Below, in pieces: positions 61,255-64,000 of a stretch of 64,000 bases of DNA. The notes under the pieces were generated by a model. The model saw nothing but the letters and a program-made list of their open reading frames with translations, was not told the DNA's origin and did not search any database. The DNA comes from Candidatus Latescibacterota bacterium (GTDB lineage Bacteria; Latescibacterota; UBA2968; UBA8231). The stretch's first letter is position 1. Every line of letters begins with the position of its first letter. The DNA is taken from contig CBDETY010000003.1 in assembly GCA_965243025.1 (NCBI GenBank), positions 992,001 through 1,056,000 on the forward strand, given 5' to 3'. The position numbers and the translations under genes were made by a program.

Positions 61255-62199
61255 CTACTGGATCGCGATGGATCCGTTGCTGGTCTCGAGGGTCAGCTCG
61301 GCCTCTCCCTTTCCCGCGGTCCCCACTAGCTTGCGGCCGGTGTCGACCGAGGCGGAGAAGCCTGGCAGGCCGCAGCGGATCCGGCCGTTGGCCGTCGAGG
61401 CGGCCACCTTCAGGCTCGGCTCCGAATCCAGGGTCACCTTGACGCTGCCGTTGGAGGTGGCGAGCCGGCTGGAGCTTCCCGGTTCGATGCTCCCCTGGAA
61501 CTTTATCGAGCCGTTGGTGGTCCGGGCATCGAAGCGGCCGTGCGCGTCCTCGATGGCCATGCGGCTGTTCGAGGTGGCCAGTTCCGCGGCCCCCTCGAAG
61601 CTCCTGAGCGTGATCGCGCCGTTGCTGGTCCTGGCGCCGAGATCCCCCTTCGAGCTCTCGACCTTTATGCGTCCGTTCGCGGTCTGCAACTCCCCGCCTC
61701 CCTCCGTGCCCCGCAGCTCCACCGGACCGTTGCTGGTCGCCAGGTCGACGCGGGCGGCGGCAGGCACCACCACCTCGATGCTGGCCCCGGTGCTTTCCCC
61801 GAAGGGGCCGGACAGGACTCCCCCGGACTGAACCGGCCTGGCCTCGACGGTGACGAGGTCGTCTTCCTGAACGGCGCTGTACTCGACGAGGTGGGGGTTC
61901 TTCAGCTTCGCGCGGACGCGAATCGAGCCGGGGCTGCCGGCATGGACGCGGACGCGGCCGTTGAAACCCCTCACCTCCAGGCGCGGGCTGGCGCCCACTT
62001 CGAAGCTGTCGCTGTGCGTGGACGGCCCGGTTTCGCCGTCGGCGCCTCGGTCATCGCTTTCCTCCCCCGGGGATTCGGCCGGCCCCCCGGTGTCGCGGCG
62101 GCTCGAGTCCTGCAGCGCCTTCAGCAGGCGCTCCGCTTCGCCCACGGAGACCTTTCCTTCCGCGAGCATTTCGAGGACTCTTCGCTGTTCATCAGTCAT
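61255..62199 (-). CDS. SHOCT-like plus DUF4097 beta-strand-repeat (LiaX-like) protein
   Basis: RRVLEMLAEGKVSVGEAERLL; repeated L.T(S/A/T)NG.I motifs. Confidence 0.85.
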   Translation of the reverse strand: MTDEQRRVLEMLAEGKVSVGEAERLLKALQDSSRRDTGGPAESPGEESDDRGADGETGPSTHSDSFEVGASPRLEVRGFNGRVRVHAGSPGSIRVRAKLKNPHLVEYSAVQEDDLVTVEARPVQSGGVLSGPFGESTGASIEVVVPAAARVDLATSNGPVELRGTEGGGELQTANGRIKVESSKGDLGARTSNGAITLRSFEGAAELATSNSRMAIEDAHGRFDARTTNGSIKFQGSIEPGSSSRLATSNGSVKVTLDSEPSLKVAASTANGRIRCGLPGFSASVDTGRKLVGTAGKGEAELTLETSNGSIAIQ

Positions 62200-62208
62200 T
62201 GCGCCCTC

Positions 62209-62487
62209 CTAATCGAAAGAGAGGAACAGGCGGCCATCGCCGGAGGCCAGGTCGAGGCGCAGGCCGCGCAGCGAAGCCAGCAGGTACAGCAGCAGGGGGC
62301 CGGCCAGCAGGAGGGGGCGGCCCCAGCCGCGGTGCCAGGAGAGGGCCGCCGCCAGGACCGCCAGGGGCGTCCCCAGCACCAGCGTCGCCGCAACCACCGG
62401 CCACAGCAGCACCAGCGGGAACCAGAGTTTTATACGGCGCCCGTCGTTCAGCAGGCGCAGCCTGAGGACCGCCGGCGGCAGGATCAT
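62209..62487 (-). CDS. Small membrane protein of the DUF2089 operon
   Basis: LWFPLVLLWP..L..LRGL.LD; start overlaps the upstream stop. Confidence 0.7.
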   Translation of the reverse strand: MILPPAVLRLRLLNDGRRIKLWFPLVLLWPVVAATLVLGTPLAVLAAALSWHRGWGRPLLLAGPLLLYLLASLRGLRLDLASGDGRLFLSFD

Positions 62488-62870
62488 CCCGAGAGCCTCC
62501 TCACCGCCTCTTCGACGTCGATCTCGCCGCTTTCCAGGCTGTCGAGCACCGCCCCGGATTCCGGATCGGGCTGTTGCCCGGCGGCCCCCCCGGTCCGACG
62601 GACCGTCTCGACGAGCTGCAGCTGCCCGGAAATGCGGTTGAGCCGGTTCTTCACCGTCGGGTAGCTGATTCCGAAGATCCGCTCCATCTCCTTTATCGAG
62701 CCGTGAACCTGGACGAAGGCGATCACGAATACCTGGTCCTCCGCGGAAAGGCGGGCAAGCACCGGGGGCTCGAACTCACCTTCGATGGCGATGCCGCTGT
62801 CCGGCAGCAGGACCCGCTCGACCAGGATGCGCGCCCCTCGGGTCAGGTCGGTGAGCTCTTTCCAGTCCAT
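62484..62870 (-). CDS. DUF2089-family HTH regulator with C-terminal SHOCT-like segment
   Basis: IEGEF....L..EDQ.F..F...GSIKEME..G.SYPTVKNRL; VL..L..GEI..EEA. Confidence 0.85.
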   Translation of the reverse strand: MDWKELTDLTRGARILVERVLLPDSGIAIEGEFEPPVLARLSAEDQVFVIAFVQVHGSIKEMERIFGISYPTVKNRLNRISGQLQLVETVRRTGGAAGQQPDPESGAVLDSLESGEIDVEEAVRRLSG

Positions 62871-62883
62871 GATGGGAACACTC

Positions 62884-62950
62884 TCCTGATATTCAGGATA
62901 ATGGTTGAAATGGTAACAAAATAATAAAATAAATCAATAGTAAAGTTGAA
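62884..62950 (-). promoter_or_regulatory. Sigma70-like promoter and RBS-overlapping palindrome of the DUF2089 operon
   Basis: TTGATT (62937-62932), 16 nt, TACCAT (62915-62910) with an extended -10 TG; TCCTGA-N3-TCAGGA at 62884-62898. Confidence 0.55.
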
Positions 62951-63141
62951 CAAATAAATTTTTCCGGAAGAGGAAGTACGGAATGACCATCCACACCTCG
63001 GTCCCGGCGGGCACCGGGTCAGGGCAATCGGCGAATCTCTCCAAGGAGGGCGGGTTCCAGGGCTGAATCCCTTCCGGCAGTGCCCGGGCGTGTCCTCCTG
63101 CTCCATCTGGCCGGACCGGCGGCCGCGGGGGAAGGCTGCCC

Positions 63142-63792
63142 TCAGAGCAGCCCCTTGCGGCGTTTGGCGGCGATCGTCTCCTCGACGAAACCGGGACCGC
63201 AGGCAGCCTCGAAGCCCCCGCCCGGAAAGCGCGTCGCCCAGCCGTAGAGCTCCGGCAGCCCCCCGCTTTCGAGCACCGGGGGCTCGGCGCGGACGGCGTC
63301 GAGCTGCCCGATGACCGCGGCGGCAACCCGCGCGTACAGGCGGCTCGAGCAGTCGGCGGTGTCCGCGGCACCGGCGCGCGCCTCCTGGTACCAGGCCATG
63401 GCGTTGAACCGGACCTGCCGCACCCGCGGGTAGAAGGAGCACATCAGGTTCCAGTCGTCGCCGTCCTTGTCCTGGTCCCCGGAGGAGCGGAAGTCGGAGC
63501 GCAGGACCACCGCGGGGATGTCGAGGAACTTCGCCATCATGAACTCGACCACCGTGCCGGAGTCGAGGTCGGCGCCGTCGAAGTTGAACAGCCCGAGGTC
63601 GCAGGCCATCACCTGCTTGAGGTCCTGGTTGCGGATGTCGGCGGCCCTTCCCGTGGACTGCTCGAGATCCTGGGGGGTGACGCAGGTGTAGCGGCCGCCG
63701 GAGTGGCGCCCGATCGCCTCGGCGAGAAGGGCGTTGCCGATGAGGTGCTTGTGGTCGAACAGGTCGCCGGCGAAATAGACGGAAAAGGTCAT
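63142..63792 (-). CDS. Nucleoside 2-deoxyribosyltransferase-family protein
   Basis: VYFAG.LF, PQ, D...V..CD....FDG..DSGT.VE, P...RSDFR, NLM. Confidence 0.82.
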   Translation of the reverse strand: MTFSVYFAGDLFDHKHLIGNALLAEAIGRHSGGRYTCVTPQDLEQSTGRAADIRNQDLKQVMACDLGLFNFDGADLDSGTVVEFMMAKFLDIPAVVLRSDFRSSGDQDKDGDDWNLMCSFYPRVRQVRFNAMAWYQEARAGAADTADCSSRLYARVAAAVIGQLDAVRAEPPVLESGGLPELYGWATRFPGGGFEAACGPGFVEETIAAKRRKGLL

Positions 63793-63904
63793 GCCCTTCC
63801 TCTCGTTGTGGCGCGGTGGTTCCGGACCTTCCCCCGGCCGGGACGGCGGTGGGCCTGGTGGTGGGCCCTGGACCCGGGACGCCGCAGTCAGGTACGGCCG
63901 CGGT

Positions 63905-64000
63905 TCAGCGCAGCATCATGAAGGTCGACAACGGCAGGCTGACAATACGGGGATCGTCGACGGTGGCGGAGTTGTCCTGGGTAACGAGAATCCCGAACGG
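63905..64000 (-). CDS. 3' end of a gene running off the window
   Basis: PFGILVTQDNSATVDDPRIVSLPLSTFMMLR*. Confidence 0.5.
   Translation of the reverse strand, partial: PFGILVTQDNSATVDDPRIVSLPLSTFMMLR

Overview
High-GC bacterial window. Its gene content (WD40, LRR and ankyrin eukaryote-like repeat proteins with FlgD/T9SS-like domains, plus GH32 and CehA/McbA genes) resembles sponge-associated Latescibacterota/Gemmatimonadota-type genomes; this assignment is inference only. An MFS gene (left) and a GH32/ankyrin/CehA/cyclase/DUF2089-operon block (right, >51.2 kb) flank a ~50-kb accessory region with four components. (i) A one-polypeptide GAF-PAS-HK-REC-wHTH regulator. (ii) A family of giant modular secreted proteins that combine repeat scaffolds (WD40, LRR), EF-hand/dockerin, Big-1/CARDB and FlgD-like domains with three different zinc-peptidase domains, plus many decayed fragments of the same modules. 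(iii) A cryptic ~15-kb mobile element (~31.5-46.2 kb) with an IS1595 transposase, RadC, two SWIB/MDM2 genes (one apparently fused to a J-domain), a split HNH-Excalibur nuclease, DUF3560, a clamp-like protein, a frameshifted Ku gene absent from the ORF track, an XRE regulator interrupted by an antisense group II intron, and three copies of a DUF3102-like gene; two 18-bp palindromes bracket its core and an IS1595-type end lies at its right edge. (iv) A modular non-coding repeat family. Family calls come from motif recognition by eye with no database searches. Coordinates of decayed features are approximate, and some frameshifts could be sequencing errors.
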